Shown: positions 49,795-62,205, counted from the first letter of the whole stretch. The stretch is DNA of 62,205 nt, filler included, from Choristocarpus tenellus KU-1152 (GCA_964200185.2; 11 parts of 11 records of this genome joined end to end with filler, not necessarily neighbours in it), one strand, 5' to 3'. The notes: generated by a model from the letters alone, not told the origin. Numbers and translations: made by a program.

Positions 49795-50051
49795 GGGCCA
49801 ACGTATATTAGAAAATAGAGCTTCGTCCAATTGGGGGTCAAAAGACAATGATGTGATTTTGATGTAATTTTGGTTATTGTGTTTGTTAGGAAGTGTCTAT
49901 ATCTATGTTTCGGACACACCGTTCATAACGTACACATTTAACCTACTCCTAAATATTTTGGAGTAGGAAAATGTCATTAAAAAAACATGGGAAGCCAAGC
50001 CCCAAATAGACAAACACGGCAAAATTCGTACCCTCTAAGATAGTTGCACTC
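49795..50051 (-). mobile_element. Full-length ~257-bp Sola2-like MITE
   Basis: AGAA|GGGCCAACGTATATTAGAAAATAGAG ... TACCCTCTAAGATAGTTGCACTC|AGGA (4-bp TSD with one mismatch). Confidence 0.8.
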
Positions 50052-50283
50052 AGGAACAAGGTGGAGATTGGCCAAGATCGTTTTCTACAGTGGAAGAAAA
50101 CGATTTGCTATTTCCGCTATTAGTAACGAAAGACGAGGACAGACAAAACAGCAAGGTTTGTAGTACGGAAGGCAACCTTGTCGNNNNNNNNNNNNNNNNN
50201 NNNNNNNNNNNNNNNNNNNNNNNNNNNTTAATTAATTAANNNNNNNNNNNNNNNNNNNNNNNNNNNNNNNNNNNNNNNNNNNN

Positions 50284-50325
50284 CCTCATAGTCCCGCGCC
50301 ATCCTCAATTTTGAGGATCCCCTGT
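50284..50325 (-). mobile_element. End of ACAG-terminal TIR element at contig start
   Basis: ...ATCCTCAATTTTGAGGATCCCCTGT|TAA, exact reverse complement of 3233-3274. Confidence 0.7.
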
Positions 50326-53214
50326 TAAAGGCAAAAATGTGTAGCCACACCCACATATATACATGTCACATGTAAAAAATGTCTCCATATTATCACAAAA
50401 AAAAGTCAACGGGGATATTGTAGTGGTGGGAAAAAAGAGGACGGAAATGAATGAAGAGTACCCCAAAATATCTCCTCAAATAGGATCCCTCGCCATCTGC
50501 AACCCCGTTTGTTTCAAGACGCTGCTCGGCACACTGGGTTCAGTCAAGCGAAGAGGGCCTCACCCCGTACGATTTTCGCACGGTTCGGTAATAATCGAGT
50601 TCACGAAACTCTTTTACCCCATCAAATATATTATACTCAAATTCTTTGTGATTCGTAATGTGTGTCAATCACGAACTAATATGGTACATATTGAAGTTGA
50701 CCCATCATCGATCACACAACTGGGCAAGAGGAAGATGAGTAGTGTAGTGAAAGGAAAGAATCTACGACTACGATTGAATCGGCTAGAAGAAGAGAAGAAA
50801 TTCGATCAATCGTACTCTACCGGGACTCCTGCCTTACGTATCCAAGGTGTATGGGGACACCCTTAATCTTTTCCCCCTGGATGAGGGAGGGATGAAAATC
50901 CTGCCATCAAGATCAGGAGCACAATAAGGGGACCCCCTTGTCCCCTCTTATATTGCACGCCTATTTTACTGCTATCTTATACTACTACTGCCATCCTGTG
51001 TCTCGAACCTATTCCTGCACCCCAGGGAAGCATCACAAGAATCTTACAAACCCCTCCTTGCCCATCTCCCTGGTGATTCGAGCTTAAAACGCATGACCTG
51101 TCTAGATAGGGTCATTAGGTGTACCCAGCAAGAGTTGGTTGTAGTGCATTTAAAAAAAAGAAAACAAGAAAGGTACTAAAACAACTCTAATTGGAATTGT
51201 CACTAGGCTAACACCATGAACGCGATCGAGAATCGAGAGGAGAATCCCCCGAGTCAGCCAAACCCCTCCTAGCCTGCCGATTCATCGTTTCCGATTTTAA
51301 GAGCATGACAGCCCTGGAGATTGCTATTTGTGTAGTGACTGGCCTAATTATATATTTTCACAGGCATGCCTTCACTACTCCCTTCAGACTAAAGCCCTGA
51401 GCCCCCCTACCACCCACAACACAATGAGTTCCCAGCTTGTCCCGAAATTGCCCTGCCTGTGGTTCTAGGTGCCTGAAGGTTTCCATCGGAAAGGCGTTGA
51501 GGTTAAAACTACCATGAATTTGTTGAAGGCAAAAATGAAATTCTGAAGTGCATCAACAGGGTGGTGGTCGTCTTCATCTTGCACATAGGCACGCTTTAAG
51601 CTATTCTTGCATGCTGTGATTTGGCAACAGCAGCTTCTCTTTTCCTTACATTCTCTTCTTTCCTCTTTTGGATCCACTGCATTAGAATATTGAATATTTT
51701 AATACATGTTTGTCTCTCTCCTTCTGTTACCTTTTCTGACCACATGTCCACATACTAAGCCAGACATCAAATATAATACAACAAATACAGCATATTGATT
51801 ATATGGCCAAGATATATCTATTGCGACAACCACTTTAAATTCCAAATGTTATGAGCACAACACACACCTACTCGACAGAACAAAAGCTCAGACAAAAGAG
51901 AAAAAACAGATCTACATAGCGATATATGTGTTGGTGTGTGTGTCAGGGGGCAGTAAGGCGGGAGGAAGGGAGCAACTCGCAATCATCACAGCAACATGAA
52001 GGTCACACAAAGAGAGAGATCCCTTCCAAGAGACGAGCAAATATTGATGGGGTGAGTTAATGCCAATATATGTTGCACGATATATCTCACATGTTGTTTT
52101 TGTATCTATTTTTGTCCTCCCTCTAATGTACTATTATGATGTCAAATGGTGCAGAAAAAAACATACCACTAGTGTCTGTTCTTTTGTCAAAGTCACATGC
52201 AACGATCTGGAAGATAATTACATTTTCGCAGCAGCCAAGTAGGGAATGATCTCAAAACCGTTGCCTTCAGTTCCAAGGTCCTTTCATTAGAAAATGACAT
52301 ATTGAAACTCGGTTTAGGGCTAGTGTTGTTGCTCTGATGCAAGACTTGGCCACTCAGACAGCAAGCTCTCCAAACGTGAGAAGTGCCCTCGGGGTACTTC
52401 ACAAGAACAATTCAGACATGGCAGCAGCACTCAGGAGAAGAAATGTGTAATCCAGTGGCAAAACTAGTCTTCATGATGGTGGTACCACTAAGAATGTTCC
52501 AGAACATCACTCTTCATGTTGCAGTTCTCAACATATTCGACAGGAGAAAGCTGCGAATTCAACAACCCAAAATCTTTTGTGGTACATATGCCACATTAAC
52601 TACCATCCCACAATAGATCTAGCCGTTCTGAACAGTTTGTATTGCCTTCCATTGCCCTACTATTATACTGCTCCTGTGATAATAATGACGTTCACAGGTA
52701 TGCTGCAGTAGGATGGACCTTCTCTTTCCTTGAGCTTTCTTGTCTTGATCTATACCTTCCCACACAAACTGAACTGAAAGTACAACATAACACTGTCAAA
52801 TGACATGGCCTGCATGGCAGAACATAATCATATGCAGCATAAAATAGCCTACTTAGTCACAAAGAGTCAATAGGATGATGTATTTGCCCTGCCACCTTCT
52901 CTACCCTCTAAATCCTATGTGTTTACACCAGTACTAATATTATCATACACAAATACGATGACAACCCATCACAAAGGGATAGTTTGTGCAAGGGAATGCA
53001 ACAGCAGTAAATTCTTCCATACCACTACTCATCAAAGCCCCAGAGTATGTACTATTGTAATTAGTACCACATCTGCTCACACGAACCTCTTGCCTACCTC
53101 TTCCCTCACATACTGCAGCATGTAAGCTGACACTTTGTGTGCTTCCTTTTGCCTTCCCCAGCTTAAACTTCTATGCAACCATTGGAGTTTCCCACCCCAG
53201 CAAGTCCCAGTTGT

Positions 53215-53475
53215 GAGTGAAAGTATCTTAGATGGTACGAGTTTTGCCCTGTTTGTCCATTTGGGGCTTGGCTTCCCATGGGATTTTTTTATGACATTTT
53301 ACGTACTCCAAAATGTTTAGGAGTAGGTAAAACGTACTTGATATGGAAAGGTGTGTCCAGAACATGGATATTTACATTCCCTAACAAACACGATAGCCAA
53401 AATTACATCAAAACCGCGACCATCGAATTTGACCCCCAAATGGACGCGGCTCTGCCCTCTAAGATATTTTGGCTC
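53215..53475 (+). mobile_element. Full-length 261-bp Sola2-like MITE
   Basis: TTGT|GAGTGAAAGTATCTTAGATGGTA ... CCCTCTAAGATATTTTGGCTC|TTGT. Perfect 4-bp TSD. Confidence 0.88.
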
Positions 53476-53819
53476 TTGTACCTGTTGAACTATCCCATAC
53501 TAGACCTGCGGCTTTTATGGTGCTTTAATGAAGGACAAAGAACAGNNNNNNNNNNNNNNNNNNNNNNNNNNNNNNNNNNNNNNNNNNNNTTAATTAATTA
53601 ANNNNNNNNNNNNNNNNNNNNNNNNNNNNNNNNNNNNNNNNNNNNGTCGAGGATCATCAGGTACAAACTCGAGGTGCTTCAAGCTGTCAAAGTAGGAGGG
53701 GTCTTTGGGGGTGATTTTGAGGCCAGAACTGGGCACGTCGGGGTTCAGAATGTCGGCATGGCAACCCCCTCGTCAACCCCCCCGCGTAGGAAGGGTGCCC
53801 AAGTGTCAGGTGACAATGA

Positions 53820-54710
53820 AGACCGCCAAGGGGCTGAATTATAGCATGAGCACCATAAAGAGGTGGTTGGATGATATGGGTGCCATGTCGAATCGCCGCT
53901 GGATCAAACCCTAACCCTTAAATCATGGTAGAAGGTATGGAGAATGAACTTTGTTTGTGATCAACTGGACCGGAAACATGGTGTGTATGTCTCCGGGCAA
54001 ACACCATCGATGTGTTACATGTGGATGAAACCTGGTTTTACGTCATGGCTGATGGGAAAAGGGTTAGGGTATTTCTGCATGAGGATGATAGCGACCTTCC
54101 ACCAGGGTCCCCTACTGTGCAGCACAAGAGTCATATTCCCAAAACGATGATCATTGCAGCCAATGCCCGCCCAGATTCGGCTCACAACTTAGATGGAAAG
54201 CTTGGTGTTTGGTTTGTACGTTTGCCAAAAACGGCAGACAGCACAAGCAAGAACCATAAAAAAGGAGATGTGCATCAGCAGGACTATACTTTAGACCATT
54301 TGTAGTACAGGAAGCGGTACATGGAGGAGCTATCAAGACCAAGATGCCTTGCTTACAGGGGAAGCACGTCGTCGTTCCACAAGATGGTGCCACCCCCCGC
54401 ACGGGCAAGGGCAACTCAGAAATCTTCTCAGGGGCAGGGAAGACTGAGGTGTGGTCGATTAGGCTTGTGACGCAGTCATCTATCTCTCCGACCTCAATAT
54501 CATGGACCTGTGCTTCTTCAGGTCTTTGAAATGCCGTGTGATGGGGGAGCGGTTTGGGTCTGTTGAGGAGATGGTCATTAAGAAATTGTATGAGGAGTAT
54601 GATGAAACCACACTTGAGAGGGCTTAGCAGGTCCTTTTTGTGATGTGCAATCAGGTACTTATATATAAACGGGGGAATGGCTTCATTGTGGAGCCACACA
54701 GGGGTAAGGA
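53820..54710 (+). mobile_element. Decayed Tc1/mariner transposase (DD39D-like, plant/oomycete mariner type)
   Basis: Motifs HVDETWFY, KTMIIAANARP, DGKLGVW, QDGATPR and SPDLNIMDLCFFRSL (restored across a 1-nt frameshift). About 40 residues lie between the 2nd and 3rd catalytic Asp. Several stops and frameshifts. Confidence 0.88.
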
Positions 54711-56727
54711 ATAGGCAGTTGTCTGGTTACCTTGAAAAAACGCCGAAGGTAAGACATGGAGGCTTTTTCTGTGTGGCTGATAAGATTGTGATGGATGGGG
54801 AGTAATAATAACAAAAAGAGCTGACCCTACCAAAGAAATTCGTGAAGGTCTCCGAATCTTCTTTCAGAAATGAATTTCATCATCTTCAAAAGTTATGGAC
54901 AACGCGGCACAGACTTATGGCACTGAGTTAGTATTATATAATATGGTCTGTTGATACACCAACGAAAGTTGGAGTGTATTGAAACTTCTGGAATGAATAT
55001 GTAATATGACATACAATGTTGTCGACCCTCCACTCAATATTTTCCGGTTTCCCTGAAACCGAAGGTCTCAAAATGTCTCTTCACATTACAAGGAGGTTCC
55101 TCACAATATATTTGTGAAAGTTTCGATTGATTCTTCTCGTATATCCAAGAGAGTGGGAAACCAGGGATATACACACATCGAGAACGGACGGAACATTACA
55201 TGGATTGATGGTTGTAGAGTCAATAGTTACTAACTTCCCTCTGCAAGGAAGTCGAACTGGTGGTGGGAAACGTTTTCTCCTACTGTAGCATGTGAGAGAT
55301 ATCCCAAAGCAAATGACGGACCGTGAAGCTTTTTACAGATGACACCCATTAAGTACAGGCACACCCAACACGCTCGAACTTGCCCCTTAACATCAAGTTT
55401 GAGACATGTTTGGAGGGTCTGTTTAACTCGCTGTAGATGGTGACACTGAATCATGACTATCGGGGGCATTATAGTAGCACCCTTCGCCAATTTCTTTACC
55501 CTCAAGACATTCGCCGCCATGCTGTACCATACGCTGGAAAGCTCCATAAGAAATGTTGTGTTCAAAAGGCAAGTCGCAGGTTGCGTTTGTCCTGGCCCCG
55601 ACTTTTCTTGGAAAACTTGAATGGACTCAAGTCTCGGAACCACATGTACAGGGAAACTTGGTGCTCAGTGCCTGGGGTGGCCTACCGTGACTGGGTGGGG
55701 CCAACCATGATGCTGGTATCACATCTGCATGTAGCACTTATACTATTGTTGGACACTCCCTGAACACCTTCAATTAAGAAAAACATTCAGGGGTAGGGTG
55801 CATTGCCGCACCAATACTTTGTATCGTCTTGATGTGACATACTACGAGTAGCACTTAGTGCATACTCAGAGATACGTACAAACAGGCTATACCCTTGGTG
55901 TTGGTGTGTTCCTTTTTGTACCTTGTTATCCCCTGCCTCCTAATCCTGGTATGACCATGAACGAAACTTGAGGATCCCGATTAACGAATCAAAGTCAATC
56001 AAGTCTTCTATCTCATTTGAAGGGATCGAACAGGGTACCAAAATGGTACTTCGGAGTAGATTGCACACGTTGTCATGCCACTGTTCAGAGTCAGACTATT
56101 CCATGGGTGACTATGTCAGCATCCCATAGAATTTCTTGCATCAAACAAAACACGGTCGTCAAAAGAGTATGTTATCACCTAGAGGCTACTGACGCCTTAG
56201 AGCACTCAATTTGATCAACTAGATAGCAGTGAGAAAATTGGGTGCTTGTACTGAGGGGGTGTGGGACATCTTGCAGGATGAACACATTATCTTATTGTCT
56301 CAATGTGGCTATATGCCCTTCGGTTGATATAGATGTTCCATATCAAACATGTTTTCTACTCCCTCAATCTTTTTGTGAGTTGTTGGCAGTCTGCATTTCA
56401 TTACTTCAGGGACAAGAAGAGTTCCCTGCTACTTAGCAAGAGAGTTAGGCAAGGAAGTTACGAGATGGTGGTATTTGACAGAAGAAGAAAAAAATGTTAG
56501 AAAGAGAAAGTTTATGTGTTGTCCATGAATTCAACCCCTGTTCCCATATCTCAGTCCTAATTTGGTGTACCCTCCCTACAGGAATTGCAAAGACAAAAAT
56601 ATGTGGCAAATGCAAAAAACCCCCATCTAAAACATGGGTACTCTGACTCGCATACGTAGAAAGCACTTAGCAGTTTGCCAAGATTTGGAGATACACAATC
56701 GGTCCTCCATAACCATGGAACAATTCT

Positions 56728-57183
56728 GAGTCAAGGTAACTGGGAGGCACCCAATTTTGCATTTTAAGGATGTTGACAAATTTTGCAATGTTCGGCTTTT
56801 TTTCAAATGTATGCAGGATAGCGTCTGAATTGTGTAACAAAAGTTTCAAATAATAGCGAAGTAAATGCCTCAAGTCAAAGTTTGAACTCCATCGCTGGAC
56901 TTATGGGTAAATTTAAACCAAAGCATTTAAGAGGGTAGGAATTTTGCCCTGTTTGTCCGTTCGGGACTTTGCTTCCTAAAAATGTTTTTTTTAATGCCAT
57001 TTGTCGGTTTTGTGTGTGAACACAGTTACCTAAAATGTGTATGACTATGAAAGGTGTTTCCGAAGAAAGGATATTGACGCTTGCTAACAAACACGATAGC
57101 CAAAGTTCATAAAAAACGCACCATCATTGGATTTTGGACCCCAAATGGATGCGGTCCAACCCTAACCCTAAGATACTTTGGGT
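56728..57183 (+). mobile_element. Older, longer GAG-ended element whose right half matches the 260-bp MITE
   Basis: Left end GAGTCAAGGTAAC. 56920-57183 is a diverged MITE copy ending ...CCCTAAGATACTTTGG. Confidence 0.65.
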
Positions 57184-57229
57184 GTTTCTAAAGATTGAAA
57201 AACAGACTTGAGAGACAAAACTGCCAATA

Positions 57230-57491
57230 GAGTGAAAGTATCTTAGAGGGTACGAGTTTTGTCCTGTTTGTCCATTTGGGGCTTGGCTTCCCATGGAGTA
57301 TTTGTATGACATTTTCCTACTACTCCATAATGTTTCGGAGTAGGAAAATGTGTATGTCATGAACAGGTGCGTCCGGAACAAGGATATTGACACTTCTTAA
57401 CAAACAGGATAGCCAAAATTACATCAAAATTGCAACGTTGGATTTTATCCCCAGAACGGACGCGACTCTACCCTCTAAGATACTTTGGCTC
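57230..57491 (+). mobile_element. Full-length 262-bp Sola2-like MITE
   Basis: AATA|GAGTGAAAGTATCTTAGAGGGTA ... TACCCTCTAAGATACTTTGGCTC|AATA. Perfect 4-bp TSD. Confidence 0.88.
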
Positions 57492-58325
57492 AATACCTGG
57501 GTACCTCTCTTGATGATTATTGTATGCGTCTTATGTCATGGTCCATATTAAAAAAATGTGTAGGGAACATGTTGGTTTTGTACCCACCCCCCCAACAGTT
57601 GCCTCATGGATCAACATAGCATGTTCCCACCTATATGCGGTGTCTTGGGAGCACCAAAACTGTGAGTTGAGTAGTCTATTGGACGAGGAATAGGATGGGA
57701 ATTTAGGAGCAAGCAAGAGGAAGGTTGATATATTGAATAAATGTTAAGAGTAAACTGATAACGTGGTAGAGCACTTGGCGTGAGCCTATATCATCACTAT
57801 TTAGAAAAGTTTTTGCTGATTTGGTCTCCCAGACAGCATGACAAATGTAATAAATTATGTACCAAATGATGTACCAGAATGCAAGTATACAACCCAATGT
57901 CGATTAGATCGACTCTGGTTAATGTACCATGCTGCCTGCCATCATTCTCTTAGAACTGCAATGACTCAAATTGGCTACATTTTTCAACTGACTACTGCCA
58001 AACCCTCCTGATCTCCTACATTGGATGGTATGAATTCAACAGTGGAGGAAACAGCATGCAGAACAGAAGGAATGCTTTTTATTTCCAAAGATTTCTTTCT
58101 TTCCGCCATACCATCCTGCCTGCCATGAGTTTTTTGTTGTTGTAGAAATTGCTGAATCCATCCGGTTTCCTTCACTGGGTCTTACTATCTTGCCTTAGCC
58201 TGAGCCTACTCAGAGTAACACAGCTTCCAGAGTGTCCAGGGATCGATGGAAGCTTAACGGGGTCAATAATAAAGTTGATATTTTTTCTGCACAATTTCCT
58301 ATGGGGACATTCCCCAGTTTATTTG

Positions 58326-58329
<4 letters not shown>

Positions 58330-58367
<38 letters not shown>
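58330..58367. repeat. (CT)n microsatellite
   Basis: Direct inspection. Confidence 0.95.
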
Positions 58368-58369
<2 letters not shown>

Positions 58370-58624
58370 CCTCTCTTGCTCATACTATATGACCCAATAT
58401 CATCCCCTGAATTCAGCCTGGTGCAATGAAACATGTTCGTCTCAATATCTCCTCAACCATAACCAACAGTGGCTACAATAAATACCATTCCGATGATGGC
58501 AAGACGGTGTTGATCCTGCACCTGAAAATCTGCACGGCTTCTTCACAGTTTTTAATGGGATTGTGTCTGAGCCATACCTGAGAGGAACCAGGCAACTCAC
58601 AGGAGGGGGAGAAAGCTGAGAAAC

Positions 58625-58828
58625 ATGATCGGTCGAGCGGTGGCCTCCACCCTCATGCAACTTCCGACGAAGGAGCTATCTGGCCTGAGGAAAAAATTCC
58701 ACACCTCTCCAGGTGGTCTAAGCCTAGAAGGCTTTATTGCAGCAATGGTGGGGGCATGCCCTGATGACAAGCGGTTGGAAGCAGAGAGCGTCTCGTTGGT
58801 TTCGGATTTAATGGAGCTGTTCAGACAG
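58625..58828 (+). CDS. First exon of probable EF-hand protein (possibly EF-hand + WD40 type), partial
   Basis: ATG exon of 68 codons ending CAG|GTGA. LRKKF..GGLSLEGFIAAM...LVSDLMELFRQ resembles the helix entering an EF-hand loop in N-terminal EF-hand/WD40 proteins. The loop itself would be in the missing next exon. Confidence 0.5.
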
Positions 58829-58957
58829 GTGACTGAGAGTCAGAGTTTCTTCATGCTGGCTCTTGTGCTTATCTCAGTCAGGCAGGTGGAGTTCAAATAC
58901 ACTCCTTAATATTGATCTGGTAGGAGAAATACTCCCAAACCTTGGCTCAAAGTATCT

Positions 58958-58991
<34 letters not shown>

Positions 58992-59150
58992 GGTCGTGTG
59001 GGTTGTTTTTTTTTTTTGTTTTTTTTTTTTTTTTTTTTTTTGCTTTTTTGNNNNNNNNNNNNNNNNNNNNNNNNNNNNNNNNNNNNNNNNNNNNTTAATT
59101 AATTAANNNNNNNNNNNNNNNNNNNNNNNNNNNNNNNNNNNNNNNNNNNN

Positions 59151-59285
59151 AACTGGGTTCCGTAGCACGCAGTTGCCACCTTGACTTTCGCCGTAGTATG
59201 TCGCATCGCCATGGTAGGTGGAGTTGAATTGCGATGCATTAGAGAGTATGGCACTCGTGCTGAGGAATATGAAGGCGATCTTCAT
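59151..59285 (-). CDS. Secreted expansin-like / DPBB-domain protein, N-terminus only (truncated at contig edge)
   Basis: MKIAFIFLSTSAILSNA signal-peptide-like start, then YHGDATYYGESQGGNC, the G-D-A-T-Y-Y-G...G-N/A-C opening motif of expansin/RlpA-like double-psi beta-barrels. Confidence 0.65.
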
Positions 59286-60621
59286 GGTGAAAGGTGAGAG
59301 TGGTTGCTGAATCCTGTTGTGTGTGAGGAAGGTTGACTGAGCAAGCGATGTGGGGTAGGATTTGGGATGATCATGACCGCTTGCAGACTATCCCATCGTG
59401 CGGACGGTCGAACGTTGAAAACATTTCCACGTATTGACGATCTTTTCGTTTCTTATTGTTCAAAAGTTATTGAAATAAAAATGCTTGTGTAGAAATCTGG
59501 GGAGTTTCTTTTTTGCGAGAAAGGATGAGAAAAGTTTTCCACTATTCCATCAATATCTCACTGTAGAACCAAAATATTCTACTACAATCATAAACTTTGG
59601 ATCTGTAAATATTGGATCCATATGATTTTGATTAGAACTTTGCAGTTGTATAGATCATGTTTTGTGACAGGTAATGTTTGTAATGTAATATCGTTGTGAT
59701 TTGAGTGAGTTCTGAAATGATTCCGATGGAATTATATTGTCCTCTTTGACATTTTAGATTATATTATTTGTACTATGGAATCATCTCTTTGTGATTCAGA
59801 CGTTGAGAGGCGTAGGAGTGTGTTTTGATATATTTCCCGTCATCGACGGTAGACTTCTTTTCATGGAAAATCTGGTTTCGACTACCCAAAGTCTACGTGG
59901 CAAAGTGAGGTCTTGGGAGGAGTGGAAAAGGCAATTGAAACTGCACACTCCCAAAACGCCTTTCAAAGAAGGTATAAAAGATGGCTGACAGAGGTTAGCT
60001 CAAACGATGAGGGTGTTTGTGTTGCAGGAGTATTCTTACTGTTTGAAAAAAATAAATATAGAAGAGGAGGGGTTATTGTGAAGAAACTGTTTCAAAGAGA
60101 TTTGGTCGCGAGACAGACAGAGCACCTGGATTGCTGCTTCTACTTGTTGATAGAGAAAGGTGGTTAAGGGGGTGGTGGTGATACGTTCCATTTCGAAGTA
60201 TCCGCACTGTTAGTGCTATTTCTTAATACTTTCATGCAGACAGCACTCCTGGCCGCCCTGCTAAGAAACATGCATTTCTCTAGGTGCTATTCCTACTTGG
60301 GAGGACCTAGTAGTAATAAGAGGAATGATACCAAAGAATAAAATATAGTTAGTATCAACCGAACAATGCCGTCATCCAAACACCTCTTCCATCACGTGCT
60401 CCACGTTGTCGACAAGAATGTTACGGGCGATATGTCTTGATGACAGCTTTCATAAACACCATTATGACGTTGAAGTTCTAGATTTGATATATTTGTACTT
60501 CTTGATTATTTATTTATTATTTGGTCATTACGTTCCCTGATTGTGATAGGACATCGTTGATCAGTTCCTTTTTATACGATGATAATGTTGACGATAATCC
60601 AAGTGAGAGATCCAGCAAACT

Positions 60622-62205
60622 TGACGACTTGTGCATCAGGAGTCCTATACTTACATCAGTATCATCTATAGGCCCGTAGATTGGAGCTATACATCCCGTG
60701 GAGGTAAGCTGTCGGGGGCCCTGTAACAAGAACATCCTGCTTCTTCCCGTTTGCAATCCGCGCAACTAATCGCCTTGCTCACTCCAATTCATCGAGGAAG
60801 CCTCTCTTCTCTCTTAGTTGTGACATCATATCATTTATTCATTATATCGCTTACACTCACTCAAACGTTGGTGACAATGAAGCTCACTTTATTTTCCCTC
60901 GTATCTAGAACTCTCCTTCTTAAAGCTTTTGCGTTCTTTCATGCACCACTAAAGTCAACGCCGATATAGTATACAATATTACTCCACTCGTTACGGTGTG
61001 AGTGTGCAAACAAATTTCAGACTAATATACTATTACGAAGCAGTATAGTGAAGTATTAGTAATAATTTGTAGGGTTGGATTATCACCGACAATAAAATAC
61101 CATTCTATTTATTGATGTGATTTTTGTGGGAGAAAGAAGAATATTTATGCGCACATTGAAGGTATGATGATGATATGGCATTGGATCTGTACCTCTACAT
61201 CGTTGAAATCTATGTTATGTTGTGGGGGGAGTTACTTAAGGATATCAGTGTTGTTGTGTTGATGTTAATGAGGTAGTGAACAATACAAGAGGGACAGCTA
61301 CATACATACATAGTATGTATTTATACTTACATACTATATGATGATTCACCAGTCGAATATCATATGTCAACCTTTAAATTATGGGAATGCTGTTGTGTGT
61401 ACGGACTACGGCCATGCCACAATATATCTTTTCTATGTAGAATAATTTGGCACCCATCAATTCATTGTGAAGAAGGATGGAAAAGGCATGTTTGGAACAC
61501 TGATGGTAGTAGTCTCATGTGTAAATGATTGTATGATATGTATATGACGCTGAACATGAACTATAAGGGAAGGAGGAGATATTTCACAACTAAGGGTAAA
61601 CCATATTACAACCTGAAACAACTCACCTGACCATTTCTAATAGTTACAACAACTGGTGGTCATGTCGAAGGAGTGTTGCTGCCAGTTGAGGGCGATTGTG
61701 AGTACCAACTTTCCTTCTCTCTCTTGTCTTTCCAAGCATCTTGATATTGGTACCGTCCTGGGAAGATAAGGAGTGCATCTTCTCTGGCCAGAAGTTTTGC
61801 TTAGGGGAAAACATTGGCCGGGTGAGACCTTCTTTTTAGGATTCTAAGAATCCTAAGGGGTGTGAAAAACATACAACTGAAGTGGAGTGAAGCTGTCTAT
61901 CGCTTCTGCTACTGTCACACAATCTGACAACTGCCCATTTTAAACTTTCCTCTGTACTTCACAACGTCATATGTTAGATAGGGACACTACTGCCTTTCTG
62001 TCTGCCAATTCACATTTTGGGATGCTGACACAGATTCTGCAGTTATTAAACCAAGTCAGATGATTTGTTATAGGGTGGAAGTCTCGGTAGGACCTCCATG
62101 TTACAGCGCGCCCCAGAGCTTACCTCCACAGGATGTATAGCTCCAATCTACGGGTCTATAAATGATACCGATGCATGTATAGGACTCCTGATGCACAAGT
62201 CGTCA
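60622..62205. repeat. Inverted repeat pair (~105 bp visible) ~1.4 kb apart
   Basis: 60622-60727 TGACGACTTGTGCATCAGGAGTCCTATAC...CCCGTAGATTGGAGCTATACATCC.GTGGAGGTAAGCT...CTGTAAC is the reverse complement of 62100-62205. The match runs to the window edge. Confidence 0.85.

Noticed and set aside
50363-50866. 167-aa ATG ORF
   Set aside because: No motifs, splice support or codon pattern that I can recognise.
3290-59150. Recurrent TTAATTAATTAA palindrome inside N-runs
   Set aside because: Artificial six-frame-stop spacer of fixed 100-bp format. It is not biological, and adjacency of genes across spacers (e.g. tRNA-Cys/GH81, EF-hand/expansin) carries no meaning.

Overview
This is not one locus. 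It is 11 short contigs of a fragmented eukaryotic assembly, joined by ten identical artificial 100-bp spacers (44 N + TTAATTAATTAA + 44 N). The DNA is intron-rich and repeat-rich, so most ORF-track entries are spurious. The gene content and scattered TTAGGG-type repeats would fit a photosynthetic stramenopile such as a brown alga, but that is inference. Genes I could splice by hand with consistent GT-AG sites and phases: a complete 4-exon delta-9 fatty-acid desaturase, a complete 2-exon Spc24 kinetochore gene, the 5' part of a membrane-anchored GH81 beta-1,3-glucanase, two myosin motor-domain exons and three exons of an unidentified gene. There are also the first exon of a probable EF-hand protein, the N-terminus of a secreted expansin-like protein and one tRNA-Cys(GCA). 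The rest is mostly transposon debris: a decayed DD39D-like mariner transposase, two copia fragments, two long fold-back elements and two MITE families. One MITE family has GRG...CYC ends with 4-bp TSDs (Sola2-like) and about nine copies or fragments. I see no CRISPR array, operon or other clearly new system. The best leads are the MITE families, the expansin-like gene, the anchored GH81 and the orphan spliced gene.
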